Shown in pieces: positions 40,683 through 54,279 of a stretch of DNA of 64,000 bases. The notes under the pieces are model-generated. The model searched no databases and was not told the origin of the DNA. It saw nothing but the letters and a program-made list of their open reading frames with translations. Position numbers and translations under genes: made by a program. Origin of the DNA: Hypanus sabinus (taxonomy: Eukaryota); contig NC_082721.1 of NCBI RefSeq assembly GCF_030144855.1, positions 18,724,001 through 18,788,000 of the forward strand, written 5' to 3'. Within the stretch, counting starts at the first letter, position 1, and each line of letters opens with the position of its first letter.

Positions 40683-42899
40683 TATAATTGCAGTACAGCA
40701 AGATCCCAGAAGTAGCAGCACAGTAATAGTTAAATAGCCTCGTTTTGTGATGTTTCAGTAATGAATATTAACAAGACACTGTGGATAACTCCCTGGACTC
40801 TCTGAAAGCACAACGCCTCTACATGGGAACATTACCCAAGACTTTTGTACTTGAGTCTAAACAGGATTCAAATCCATTGCCTTCTGAATCAATGCCAGGA
40901 GGACCATCTACTGAGCCTCACAGGCAAGGATAATACATTTCCTTTGATAGTTTGTGTTCTGTGCCCCACAGATAGTTCTTAACTATTCAATCCTTTGTCA
41001 CTAATACACTACCAAACACAGTCGCTTTGATCAGCCAAACCTGCCAAACAGCAAGGAAGGGTTTGGTCCATTGCTTCTTTTTCAAAAGTATCACAAGACC
41101 TGTGTTTAAAACAAATAAATAAATGCAGAGGGTTCTGCAAATAGGCTGCAGATCATTCAACTTTCAATAAAATAACCATGTTGACCTTTCAAATGGAAAG
41201 CCTTCCTTTACACAAGTCACTGTGCAATATTATTTTATTTCAGATGCTAGAGGGGCCCTGAGTTCTTACTTTATCTTCATTTCTTGCCTCACATTTAGAG
41301 CATTTGCAATATTTGCCTCTGTACATGTGCCTGCCTCCAACCTAGGGGCAAGTTGCAATCCATCATGCGTTTAACCTTGAGGAATCCTCATTTCTAAAAC
41401 GTAAACACAATTCCATGCCTGAATGTATTTGGTGATCTCCGAACACCCTGCAGTGATGTCCTATCCCACGGCTCGCATACCTAGCAAATGGAACGAAATA
41501 TTCAACTCAGCAAAAGCAATGATTGGTACAAAAGATAAAGAGAACCAAAAACAGAACAAAACACAAGCATTGTTGCCTGATGCTATTATTCATGAGCTGG
41601 GGAGCGACCTGACAGACTGTACCTTCAGAATGCTGTTTAATTGTGCGCACACACAAACAGAAACAGAAGCAAATAACAGAAACACACAGGGGCTAAATCC
41701 TGTGTGTACCCAGCATTAAAATTCAGTGCAGACTTACCTCATCTCCAAAAAGAGAAGAATGTAGAAATGAAAGAAGCCAAAGCAACCCCATGAAAAACTG
41801 TGTCTGGCGAGATGCTGCATTCAGCAGCTGTGAGACTGGCTTACTGCTGAGGGCTTGGTTTGTGGTCTTGCTTCTCAGCCCACCAGATGGCAGGATTCCT
41901 ACCACTTCATGCCACTGTTTTGCAAAAACATATATTTCCTTAAAGTCTCTTTATGAAACAAGGTCACAGACTTACAGCCAGAAACGAACAATGAAATACT
42001 TAATTTAAAAATATTCAGAATTGAGGGTAATAATTGGATTGGAAATCAGAAATTTAAGAAAAGGGTTTGCATCTGTCATTCTTGCTGGTGTTTGTCAAAC
42101 AGCCCAGCTTTGATGAATTTGCAAATTGAATGAAAATGAATACTGACATCACCAAGTGGTCACAGCAGGTATTCACACTGCAGTTTGTCCACAAGATTCA
42201 AGGTTCAAGATTGTTTACTGTTATTTCAGGTACACAAGTGTAAAGGAGAACAAAATAATTATTACTCCAGTTCCAATGCAGCACATAAAAACACACTTAG
42301 ATAAAGAACACAATAATAAAAAAACAATAAATATAAATATATAATACAGCTTACACATAGATTGATTATATATACATAAAGGAGTGTCTGTACTTAAAAG
42401 TGACTCTGACAGAAAATGATAAAGATTGATGATGAAGAATGTGATAGGGTGGGTTAATGGAGGTGTTGTTCAGACTTACTGCTTAGGGAAGTTAACACTT
42501 ATTGTGTCTAGTTGTCCTGGCCTGGATGCTACAGAGCCTCCTTCCTGGTGGGCAAGAAATCTAAGCACTAAATCTCACAATTAGTGATAGATTCAACCTA
42601 CACCAAAAGCTTTATCAAAGAGGTTGGTTATAAATTGAAGGGAGAAAGCTGGAAGAGGCACAGAGATGTAGGGAGGTGATTCCACAGCTGAGGGCTCAGA
42701 GAACTGAAGGATCAGCTTCCAGTAGTGGAGAGATTAGATCTGGGGATTTGCAAGAAGTCAAATTTGAAAGATGAAGAATTATCAAAAACGGAACTGGAAG
42801 AGAAAATAGAGAAGGGGCAAAGTCATGGATTTGAAAACAAAAATGAGTACTTTAAAATGGAGGCATTGTTGGTAACCGGAGTTCATTGATTCTACGGGT

Positions 42900-43730
42900 T
42901 GGCTTGTGGATTTCAGGAAAGGGAAGTCGAGGGAACACACACCAGTCCTCATCGGAGGATCAACAGGGTGAGCAGTTGCATGTTCCTGGATGTCAACACC
43001 TCTGAGGATCTATCCTGGGTCCAACATGTTGATGAAGTTACAAAGAAGGCGCCACAGAGGCTATATTTCATTAGGAGTTTGAGGAGACTTGCTATGGTCA
43101 CCAAAGACTGACGGAAATTTCCACAGATGTACTATGGAGAGCATTCCAACTGGCTGCATCACTGTCTGGTGTGGAGGGGCCACAGCACAGGATCAGAAAA
43201 AAACTGCAGGAATTTATAAACTCAGCCAGCTCCCTCATGGTAATTAGCCTCACCGGTTTCGAGGACACCCTCAAAAGGTGATGACTCAAGAAAGCGGCAT
43301 CCATCATTAAGGACTTCCATTACCCAGGACATGCTCTCTTCTCATTGCTACCAACAAAATGGAGGTACAGGAGCCTGAAGGCACACATTCAATGTTTCAG
43401 GAACAGCTTCCCCACTGCCATCAGATTTCTGAATGGACAATGAACCCATGAACAGTATCTCACTATTTTTGCTCTCTTTTTGCACAATTTACTTAATTAT
43501 ATATGAGTGTGTGTGTGTGTGTGTGTGTGTGCAATTATAATTTATAGTTTTTATATTATGCACTGTTGCAACAAAACAAAAAAAATCATAACATGTACCA
43601 GTGATATTAAACCTGATTCTGATTCTTAGTTCTACTGTGAATGCCTGCATGAAAATGAATCTCAGGGTAGGATGTGGTGACAAATTCGTGCTTTAATAAT
43701 AAATTTACTTCGAACTTTAAACTTCTTGAA
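42900..43730 (+). mobile_element. Rex1/Babar-like LINE 3' fragment
   Basis: FLDVN.SEDLSW...KKA.QRLYFIRSLRR and FRNSF; CCTGATTCTGATTC tail. Related pieces at about 1040-1360 (-), 7330-7560 (-), 20650-20960 (+), 43990-44340 (+), 48157-48560 (-), 51495-51730 (+). Confidence 0.8.
43507..43531. repeat. (GT)n microsatellite
   Basis: About 12 GT units. Confidence 0.95.
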
Positions 43731-44426
43731 TTTTGAAGGCTGGGTGATGGGTAAGTAAAATTAATAGCAGTTTAAGATGAGGTTTAAAAGACTAGCCACA
43801 AATATATGTGGCACGAAAATGGGATATAGGAGCAACAGCAGAGTTGGAGGGACAAAACTATCCTGGAGATGTGTAGGGCTGGAGGATGTGACAGAAAGGT
43901 AATACAGGGAGGAATTTAAAAACACTTAATTCAAGGACTATGGAACTAGAGCTGGCCGTGTCTTCATTTTCTTTGAAGTTTTAAGAGATTTAGCATGTCA
44001 TTGAAGACTCTGAAAATTTTCTACAGATGTAGAAGCACTCTGATTGGTTGCATCATGGCCTGATGTGGAAACTCCAAACTACAGGACTGCAGAAGGCTAC
44101 AGAAAGTAGTGGGTTCAGCCAGCTCTGTCCGGGGTAGACCTCTGCCCACCTTTGAGTACACCTGTAAGAGGCAATGTCTCAGGTAAACAAAATCCATCAC
44201 TAATGACCTTCACCATTCAGGCGATGCCCTCGTCTCATTGCTGACATCAGACAGGAGCTACAGGAGCTTGAAGCTCCACATCTCAAGATACAACAGTTTC
44301 TTCCCCACTGCTATCAGGTTCTAAAATTGACCAGAAACCCCCTAATTCTATCTTAGACTGTGTTTCCCACAACTTGCACTAATGTCATTAATATTGTTTA
44401 TGTTTTGTTTCCTTGTTAGGTTCTGT

Positions 44427-44625
44427 ATGTCCCGCTCGGTGGCTCAATAATATCAGCGCCGGACTCCGGAGCGAAGGTTCCTGAGTTCGAATCCAAGTCC
44501 CGTTGAGCGTCGAGCTAGCAACTCAGCCTCGTAAAAACAAGAATAGCTTGCTACGGAAACTCTGTCATGATGGAGCCCCGATAACTCCACTGCCGAGTTA
44601 AGGGCTATTCTTCTACTTCTTCTTC
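44427..44625 (+). mobile_element. Young tRNA-derived SINE with (TTC)n tail
   Basis: A-box-like TGGCTCAAT, B box GAGTTCGAATCC, CpG-rich body; 10-bp TSD TAGGTTCTGT at 44417-44426 and 44626-44635. Confidence 0.85.
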
Positions 44626-45314
44626 TAGGTTCTGTTTAACTCATGTTAACTTAAGTGTGTATAATTTATGTTTGTGAAATTTGCAACATGTGGCTCTCAA
44701 AGTCCAACCCGTTATGAGCGGTGGAAAAGGTTAAGGCAGGCCAACAGGGCTCTGGTGAAGTTGTAGAGACCAATCAACCATTAGAGAAACACTGATCAAC
44801 TCCAACCATACCGTCGACTTTGGATGATGGAGACAGGAGGTCATCAATGGCCTCTGCTCCATGGGGAGCTAAGGGCCCATGAAGAAGAGGATTCATTCAA
44901 TGTATAATGTTGCTGCAAAATGATCATCTTCACAGCATCTATACCCTGGGTATGTATGCCACTGAAATTGAATTTGTGTAGCTCTGCAATTAGCTGCTTC
45001 AGCTCAGAAAATTTCCTTTCTAGAGATCTGTACCCATCAAGACTATGGTAGTTACTTTACCAGAAGGACTGCAGTAGCTGAAAGTAACAGCACATCGTCA
45101 CGTTCCAAAGGATAGTTAGGGATAAGTAATAAATAGTTTGCTTGATAACAACACTCACATCCTGGAAAAGACCAGATTAGAGTGAATTCAAGCAGATAGA
45201 GTAGGTGACTGAATCGCACACACTCCCACTGGACCTATGCCAATATTATTTTACTTTTGACACAACAGACAGAGAAATGATGATAAACACAGAGTACTCT
45301 GCAGAAGCTGTGGT

Positions 45315-45850
45315 CAAAGCAACACGTACAACACACTGGAGGGACTCAGCAGGTCGGGCAGCATCCGTGGAAATGAACAGTCAACGTTTTGGGCCGAGAC
45401 CCTTCGTCAGGACTGAAGAGGGAGGGGCAGGGGCCCTATAAAGAAGGTGGGGGAGGGTGGGAATGAGAAGGCTGGTAGGTGGCAGGTGAAAAACCAATCA
45501 GAGGAAAGATCAAGGGTGGGGGAGGGGAAACAGGGAGGGGATAGGCAGGAAAGATGAAGAAGGAATGTAAGGGGAAGAAGGCAGAATCATGAGAATCATG
45601 AGAGAGGTGATAGGCAGCTGGAGGAGGAGGCAAAGTGAAACTGGGATGAGGGAAGGGAGAGGAAGGGAATTACCAGAAGTTGGAGAATTCAGTGTTCATG
45701 CCAGGAGGCTGGACTCTACCAATCCCCTCCCTCTCCCTTCCTTGAAGCGACTTAGCCCAAAACTTCGACTGTTTATTCTCCTCTGTAGGTGCTGTCTGAA
45801 CTGCTGAGATCCTCCAGCTTTTTGTGTGTTACTCTTTGACATACAGTATT
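45315..45850. mobile_element. Penelope pLTR-derived element, two pLTR ends in inverted arrangement
   Basis: Minus copy with hammerhead at 45378-45415 and PLE ORF end near 45670-45715; degenerate plus copy at about 45740-45850. Confidence 0.75.
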
Positions 45851-46563
45851 GCAGTCTTTGTGCAGGTCGCATCAACTCAAGTTCCATATCTCAACGCCAA
45901 ATGGTTTGTCCTCACCATCTTGAATGGTGGACCATGACAATCAGCTCACCAAATTAGATGGGTGCTAAAAGGGTGCAAATCTTCTACACTTTCAGAAGCA
46001 ACAACATGGACTATGGGCTTGAGGAAGGACTGAACCAGGCTACCTTAAATATATCCATTTCTCCACCCCTCAGTACCCACTTCTCCAAAGAAAATTACTG
46101 TACCGAATGTAGTTAAGCCTTAACACTCCCAAGACTGAATAGTACCTTTTACAATTTTGGTACATCACTTTATAACCAAAGAAGCATTTCTTATTTAAGC
46201 CACAGTTGAATTAGCAAATGTAGAGTTGGGGGGAGGGGTGGAAAAAATGTAGAGTTGGGTGGAGGGCAGCAAATCTCTACCATTCTATACATGCATGATC
46301 ATCTGATACTCACAATTTGGTATTGGCCATTGAGCCAATTTCATACCGGGGAACTCCTTTAAAGGACTGAATTAACATAAAAGGCAACTTCTTATTCTTG
46401 CATAATATTGTACTAGCATCATTTCATTGTTTATTTTGCAGAAGTGTAAGTTATGAACAATTCATGTTAACTTAAGCTGATAGAATATACAACAGTACAA
46501 CACAATACAGGCACTTCGGCCCATAATGTAGCACTGACCTTTTAACCTACAACATCAATCTAG

Positions 46564-46765
46564 AAACAACAACACACACAAAATGCTGGTGGAACACAGC
46601 AGGCCAGGCAGCATCTATAGAGAGAAGCACTGCTGACGAAGGGTCTCGGCCCAAAATGTCGGCAGCGCTTCTCCCTATTGATGCTCCCTAGCCTGCTGTG
46701 TTCCACCAGCATTTTGTGTGTGTTGTTGTTTGAATTTCCAGCATCTGCAGATTTCCTCGTGTTTG
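46564..46765 (+). mobile_element. 202-bp foldback Penelope-derived element with hammerhead-like core
   Basis: About 70-bp inverted arms (46564-46632 / 46663-46731) around CTGACGAAGGGTCTCGGCCCAAAATGTC; perfect 13-bp TSD AACATCAATCTAG at 46551-46563 and 46766-46778. Confidence 0.9.
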
Positions 46766-47047
46766 AACATCAATCTAGCCCTCTCTCACATAGCCATAAC
46801 CCCACCCCATTCCCATTTTTCTATCATCCGTGCCATTCTAAGAGTTGCTAAAGTACCCTAATGCTCCATCTCTGCCATTACCCCCACACTGCATTCTGTG
46901 CACTTCCACTTTCTGTGTAAATAAACTTGCCACTGACATCTCCCCGTCCACGTTTTCCTCCAATCACCTTAAAAGCACATTGCTCTCATGATAGTCACTG
47001 CCACCCTAGAAAAAAGGTGCTGGCTGACCTCTCTATCTGTGTCTTTT

Positions 47048-47394
47048 TGTTACGGCCTGCTCTGACAATGACTCAGGTGCGGAGGAACAACAGAATCCCA
47101 TGTAGAGACAGAAACAAGGGTTTATACATAGGAATTCCAACAGAACATCTGTGGCTCGACTGAGTGACACCATGAGACAAATCATTCTCAAAACAAGGAC
47201 CCCGTGATAAGCACTAATCAGAAGTCCACTTTATATAATCAGTACACTGAAAACCCGTGCCAGTTAAAATAAACTTGACAAGATTAATCTGAAAGCACAA
47301 TGCTTAACAACTCTAGTTAAAACAACAATTAACAAATACAGGCCCTCAAGAAGCCTTGCAGGCCAATGTCCTAAAGCGTGCAGGGCTCATGGCA
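47048..47394 (-). mobile_element. Probable solo LTR interrupting a minus-strand CR1 fragment
   Basis: TGTTACG...CATGGCA termini; CR1 sequence resumes on both sides; no clean TSD. Confidence 0.5.
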
Positions 47395-48669
47395 TGCTTA
47401 TCATGTTATACACCTCTATCAAGGCACCTCTTCTCCTTCATTCTGAAGAGAAAAACCATAGCTCACTCAAACTTTCCTCATAAGCCATGTTCTCTAATCT
47501 GTGCAACGTCCTGGTAAATCTTTTCTGCACCCTCTCTGAAACTTCCACATCCTTCCTACAATGAGGCTACTGGAACTGAATACAATACACTATACAGGTG
47601 TGGTCTGACTAGAGTTTTATAACAAACATGAGAAAAATTGCAGATTCTGGAAATCCAAAGCAACACAACACAAAATGCTAGTGGAACTCAGCAGGACAGG
47701 CAGCATCTATAAAGGCCAACACACCATGTACATTAACCAGCCTATCAGTTTCCATGGCAACTTTGAGGACTCTCTGAACTTGGACCCCAAGATTCCCCTG
47801 TTTCCCCGCACTGCCAGGTATGCTGCCTTCAGTTTGACCTCCCAAGGTGTATCCCTTCACACTTCTCCGGATTGAACTCCATCTGCCACTTCTCAGCCCA
47901 GCTCTGCATCCTGTCAATGTTCTTTTGTAACCTATGACAACCTTCTACACTAGCCGCAACACCACCAACATTTATGTCATCTGCAAACCTATTAACCTAC
48001 CCTTCTACTTTCTCCCCAACATCACTTATAGAAATCACAAAGAGCAGGGGCCTCAGAAAGTAATTTTAACTTCCGTTTGTCCTTAACTTGTAATAAATTC
48101 TGCTGCCTCAAATGGCTAAAAATTATTCCATTTACATGCTGTGTACAAATGCCTATCAGAATCAGGGTTTATTATCACCAGCATGTGTCATGAAAGTTGT
48201 TAACTTAGCAGCAGCAGTACCATGCAATACATGAAAAATATAGAAAGAAAAAAATAAGTAAGTAAACAATTACCGTAAGTATATATATATATGTAAGTGT
48301 GTGTGTGTATATATATATCTCAGAATCAGAATCAGACTTTAATCGCCAATTACCTGTACACATACAAGGAATTTACTTCCGGCAGATGTTGTCTCTCTGC
48401 TCATAACAATAATAATGATAAATATAAATGAAAATATAGATTATACATACAAGTAGTGCAATCCAAGTAATAGTTAGCCGACAGTTAACCGGCAGTTAAC
48501 TGGTCAGCAAAGTGACCGCAGTAGGGAAAAAACTTCTCCAGCGCCTATTAGTCTTAGTCTGGAGGGATCTGAAGTACCTACCAGACGGAAGACTTAAGTC
48601 TTTTGCACAGTACTGTATATCTGATTATTGGTTTACTGAATGGTTCATTTTATCTGCTACAAAAGGTGG

Positions 48670-49285
48670 GTTTTCCCAGCAGCCAATCATTTTAATTTGA
48701 TTCCCCATTCTCATTCTGACATACCTGTCAATAGTCTCATCTTCTGCCATGATAAGGCCACACTCAGAATGGAGGAGCAACACCTTATATTCTGCCTGGG
48801 TAGCCTCCAACCTGATGACATGAACATCTATTTCGCTAACTTCTGGTAATTTCTCCACCCCTCCCCCACTTTCTCTCTTTCCCTGTTCCCCATTCTAGTA
48901 CCCCTCTCACCCCTTCTCTTCTCCTCGCCTGCTCATCACCTACTGGTAACCCCCCTCCTTCCCTTCCTTCCATGGTTCAATGTCCTCTCCTTCTTCTTCA
49001 GCCCTTTACCTCTTCCAACTATCACCTCCCGACTTCTTAATTCAACCCCCTTCCCCGCCCACCTACTTCCCCCTCACCTATCACCTGCCAGCTTGTACTC
49101 CTTCCCTTCCCCCTTACTTTCTTATTCTACCTTCTGCCCCCTTCTTTTCCAATCTTGATGAAGGGTCTCAGCCTGAAACATCAATTGTTTATTTCCCTCC
49201 ATAGATGCTGCCTTACCTGCTGAGTTCCTCCAGCACATTGTGTGCATTTTTCCAAGATTTCAAGCATCTGTAGAACCTCCTGTAT
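48670..49285 (+). mobile_element. Penelope-like element 3' end (GIY-YIG C-terminus plus pLTR)
   Basis: ANHFN...HSHSD...EEQHLIF.LGSLQP..MNI, then a pyrimidine-rich tract and the hammerhead-like motif at 49155-49182. Confidence 0.85.
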
Positions 49286-52264
49286 TTGGGTTTTTTCCTT
49301 CTTTCTAGTTTTAAGTTGATACCTATATATTTACTGTTGTGATTACAACTCCAAACTTAAGTACATTTGTGGGTAATTTTCCATAACATGCCTGTCTTAT
49401 CACCATAAAACCTATGATATGTGATATACATATGTTTCTAAAAGAAATTATTGGTCCAATAAATTTCTCCCTTTGTTTATTGCTTTAGTTTACTGGAATT
49501 TGCAAGCAAGATCTCTGAAAGGTGGGAGATAAGGAAATGATAACTAAATCAGCTACCTGGTGCTCAGATATAAACAACAATAATCAGAAAGCCATAATGG
49601 TTGTTAATCATTTTGAAAACAACCAAATAGAGAAGTTTTCTCAGTATTTTTGCTGACATTTTTTGGAAGTTTTAAAAAAAAAATTCTGAAATATCTTCTT
49701 ATCATTGCTTCAATTCATACATTCAGTTTCTTTTTAACTCAATGTTTAAATAGCTTTCCTTTCCCAGCAGCGAGGATCAAAAGTCCAACTGTTGAGCCCA
49801 GCCCTATTATTTTAAATGTTACTTTCTTTTTTTCCTCTGCCAGTACTTTTTTACCATTAAATAGAACAGGTAACAGGACAACCTGTCGGATTTGGGTTTT
49901 GATAAGAACAAGAACTCTACTCGAATGGGAAAGGTGAGTTGAATCTTTATGAACTCTGTGTACAAGCTATATTCTTTATTTTATACACCACAATAACTCA
50001 CCTCTAGCCAATTATTTTCCAGGATTGGTCTCCTTGAAAAGACTAGCCAGAGTCTGAAATGTTATTCAGCTGAGTTGTTAATGTTCTCTGATCCACTGGC
50101 CATTTCCAATTCAGATTTTCAATGTGTCGCATTGCGATTTAGAGAAAAGGTTTTCTTTTGCTTCCTGGAGGTGGTTTGTCACATCTTTCCAGGAGCATCC
50201 GTTCCCACTAACTGTAATCATTCAAAAACGTTTTCACAATATTAAACCTCTGCTGCAAGTGTTTTGCTCCTGCGATCGATCGATTGATCGATCAATCTAT
50301 CTCTCTCTCACACACTCACAAAATCCTATTGTTCTGGCACCAAAAGACAAAGAGAGAGGAGGGGGGGGGGGGTGGTAGAAATAGAGCAGCTGGGTTGGAA
50401 TGGGAAAGCAGCCAAAGGCAAGTAAGCAGTCACTGACCAAAAGTCAGTAGTGGGTGGGATAGGCAGCCTGCAAAGGGTTGGTAGGGGAGGTTGAGGGAGA
50501 GGTGTCACTCCATACTCCCACCATTGAGGGGCAACATGTCAAAACTTTTCTCAGGGTGGATTGATACTGCCCCTGGAGTGAGAGGGACTGAAGGTGCTCA
50601 GATTTCCCTGTCTAACCCACACCCCTCCATTCCCCGGTGCCTGGCTGGAGAATGGTGGCCAAGTAAGGACAACTGGTTCTCATTATCAGGTAGAATCATG
50701 TTTCTAACGAAGTATAAATACTGCTCCTGAAATTTATACTACATTTCCCACCGGAAATGAATATGCCTAGTGACATTGCAAATTGCTGCTGTTAAGATTA
50801 AAGATCTATAATGTTTTCCACAATTTTGACTCTCTGGTCCACAACTCAGTTGCAATTAACTTGGGTTCAAATATCAGTTTAAGCAGGGCCTCGTTATTTG
50901 TATGGCCTCCGAAGGGAGAATGCAAATTTGCTAAGAACCGATGGCACCATGTTATGACGAGAATGTTCATAACGTCACATTATACCTAATTTGGAGGACT
51001 TTGACCCATACTTGCCCTCTGCCCGATGCACACCAGTGCCCCTCTGCAATTCTCCTTGCACAGTCCCTCCCATTTTTCTATCCATGGTCTCTTCCTTTGC
51101 CTGAACCATCTGCCTCCTTTGGAACATGGACTCCACTCCCACCCCTCCACCACCCCTGCCCACCACCTCTGGTAACTCTCGGTTGTATCTCAGCACCAAC
51201 TACTTTGACCTTCTCCTGCACTCGACTTCCCAGGCTTTTGGAAATACAATGTAGGATGCACGGAAAATCTATCACCGAGCCATTTTTAAAATTTCTTCCC
51301 ACCATAGCTTTCATTCAGATCACCAATTCCTTCCTTTCCTGTGGCTTTTTCCCAGACTATGCGTTCCTGCTGAACACCAGCAGAACCCAAGGCAGGCTGC
51401 GGCAACTGTCAACCCACACTAGGCCCTGCTCACCTATCGTCCATGTAATCAGTGACCTGCATTGATCCTAAGCTCCATAATCAATCAGCTAATGATTCAG
51501 GAACAGCTTCTTCCCCTCTGCCATCCAGCTTCTGAATGGAGGTTGAACCCATGAACAATCCCCCACTTCTTATTTCTGCACTAATTATTTAATTCAACTA
51601 TTTAATATATATATATAAAATTACTGTAATTCTCAGAGGTTTTTTTTCCTATTGTTATGTATTGCATTGTACTGCTGCCCCAAAGTTAAATTTCACAGCA
51701 TTGCCAGTGATATTAAACCTGATTCTGATTCAGTGTCCTGCTTTGCAAGGAGGAACAAGGGACTGCCAATGCTGGAATCAGATACAACAAACAACCTGCT
51801 GGGAATCAAGCAGCATCTCAAATCCGCTGAGATCCTCCAGCAAATTGTTGATCCCACTTTGCCATTCCCACCTACCAAAGGAGGGATGACTTCATATTTC
51901 CCGCCCCCCCCCCCCCCACCGCTGGAGCCCGTTTAATTAGCATGGCTCAATCTCCATGAAATTTGTGCATCCTCCTGACGATTCACACTGCCAGCAGCTT
52001 TGGATCACCCTTGACTTATTACACACGGTTCCTTCATCCGAATCATTGTTGTAGATTTTGAACAGCTGGGGCCCAGCGCCCCACTTACCACAGCTCCCCA
52101 AGTGGAAAATGATTCACGTACTCTGTTTTCTCTTTGTTAACCAAACCTCAATACATACTTAGCACATTGTTGTCAGATAACCTCTTACGAGACACCTTAT
52201 CAAATATTTCACAATCGCAGACTTGCAGTATACAGCTCAAAATTCTCTAAGCACTGTATAAGAT

Positions 52265-53180
52265 ATATCAAACATGATAGTCAGAGGCTTTTTCCCAGAG
52301 CTGAAGTGGCTAGCACGAGAGGGCATATTTTTAAGGTGCTTGGAAGTAGGTACAGAGGAGATGTCAGGGGTAAGTTTTTTACGCAGAGAGTGGTGAGTGC
52401 GTGGAATGGGCTGCCGGAAGCGGTGGTGGAGGCGGAAATGATAGCGTCTTTTAAGAGTCTCCTGGATGGATGCATGGAGCTCAGAAAAATAGAGGGCTAT
52501 AGGTAAGACTAGGTAGTTCTAAGGTAAGGATATGTTTGGCACAGCTTTGTGGGCCGAAGGGCCTGTATTGTGCTATAGGTTTTCTATGTTTCTATAAATA
52601 GAAGTTTATGAGATAAGACCATAAGATATAGGAGCAGAATTAGGCCATTTCGTCCATCATGTCTGCTCTGCCATTTCACCATGGCTGATCCATCTTCCCT
52701 CTCAGCCCCAATCTCCTGCCTTCTCCCCATATCCCTTCTTGCCCAGATTAATCAAGAATCTATCAGCCTCTGCCTTAAATACTGTACATACTTGGCCTCC
52801 ACAGCCACCTGTGGCAAATTCCACAGATTCACCACTCTCTGGCTAAAGAAATTCCTCCTCGCCTTCATTCTAAAAGGACACTCCTCTCTTCTGAGGCTGT
52901 CCTCTGGTCTTAGACTCCCCCACCATAGGACACATCCTCTCCACATCCATTCTTTAGATGCCTTTCAACATTCAATAGGTTTCAATGAGGTCAGTCTTCA
53001 GAATTCCAGTGAGCGGAGGCCCAGAGCCATCCAACACTCTTCACGTGACAAACCTTTCGATGCTGGAATCATTTTTGTGAACCCTCTCCAGTTTCAGCTC
53101 ATCCCTTCTAAGATAAGGAGCCCAAAACTGCTCTCAATACTCCAAGTGAGGCCTCGCCAGTCCTTTATGAGACCTTGAGA
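52265..53180. mobile_element. Tail-to-tail CR1 3' fragments (plus 52265-52595, minus 52610-53180)
   Basis: FFTQRVVSAWNGLP on plus, FFSQRVVNLWNLP on minus, each with a CR1 tail. Confidence 0.85.
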
Positions 53181-54279
53181 CAGTGTCTCTGATTTCCTAA
53201 GATCAAAGGAGGTGTGCAGGGCAAGGTTTTTCACTGAGAGCAGCGGGTGCCTGGAATGTGCTGCCAGAGATGGTTACAGGAGGCAAATAAGATTGAGATG
53301 GTAGATGGGCATGTGAATGGAGGGGTACTAGTATTGAGTAGGCAGAAAGGATTCATTCAGTTAGGCATTTAAGTTACTAGTTTAATTAGACTGTCACCAC
53401 ATTGTGGGCTGAAGGGCCTGTTCCTGTGCTGTACTGTCTGGTAAATGACTGTTGGCTCTGCCAAGCCCTGTTGTTATTTTTTAAGTGCTCTATTACCACT
53501 TGGTTAATAACAGATTTTAGAATTTTCCTTGTTTCTGACATCAGAATAACAAGCCTAAAGTTCTTTTTTTTTCATTCTCTCATTCCTTTCTTAAATAAAG
53601 GGATTACATTATGTTACATTTTTGACTTTTGGAAATGCATCCATTATCTCCATAGACACCTCCATTCAAACCCTTGGGGTGTCCAGGGTATTTATAGGCT
53701 TTTGCCCAGTTAATTTCTTCAATAATTTTTAAACCAATATTTTTGTTACTAGCTCCTAGCTCTATCCAAACTATTCTATTTCTTCGTGTAACAAGCTAAG
53801 ATTTCTTGCCTATATTTCACCTTTTATTACCAGGACTTCTCCTCCCCTCTATTAAGTATCCGGTAATATTTTTTCCTCAACATTTTTCACTTTACAAACT
53901 ATCAAGTTAACTAAATTCAGTTGAAGCTTTGATTTGTCTTGTTACAGGATTGTGTCGATGACTTTTTACCACAATTCTATATATTCACTCTGACGTGCTC
54001 TGTCCACCCCTTCCTCACACATTCCAGTTATCATTCCCCTTGTTGTTACCTTCTTCTATGGCCTTTCCCTTTAACTTTCTGCATTTGGCTCTCACCTGGA
54101 TCTTCATCACCTCTTTAGTTCTATTTACAGTCCCAGTTAATGATTAACATTCTGAAGTTTGTCCCTGCAGAACACCTTTCACTTTCCTCAATACTAATGC
54201 CACTGTCTCATGAATGGGAGCACATTCTCCCTTTGTAACCTGTGGGTCATACGTTGAACTCTCTGCCTAGAGTTCAGTG

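Noticed and set aside
44429-44510. tRNA gene
   Set aside because: The A/B boxes belong to a SINE head with body, simple-repeat tail and TSD; the same applies to the other tRNA-like heads.
50941-51465. 174-aa Pro/Cys-rich ORF
   Set aside because: Low-complexity C-rich sequence with no recognisable domain or supporting splice structure.
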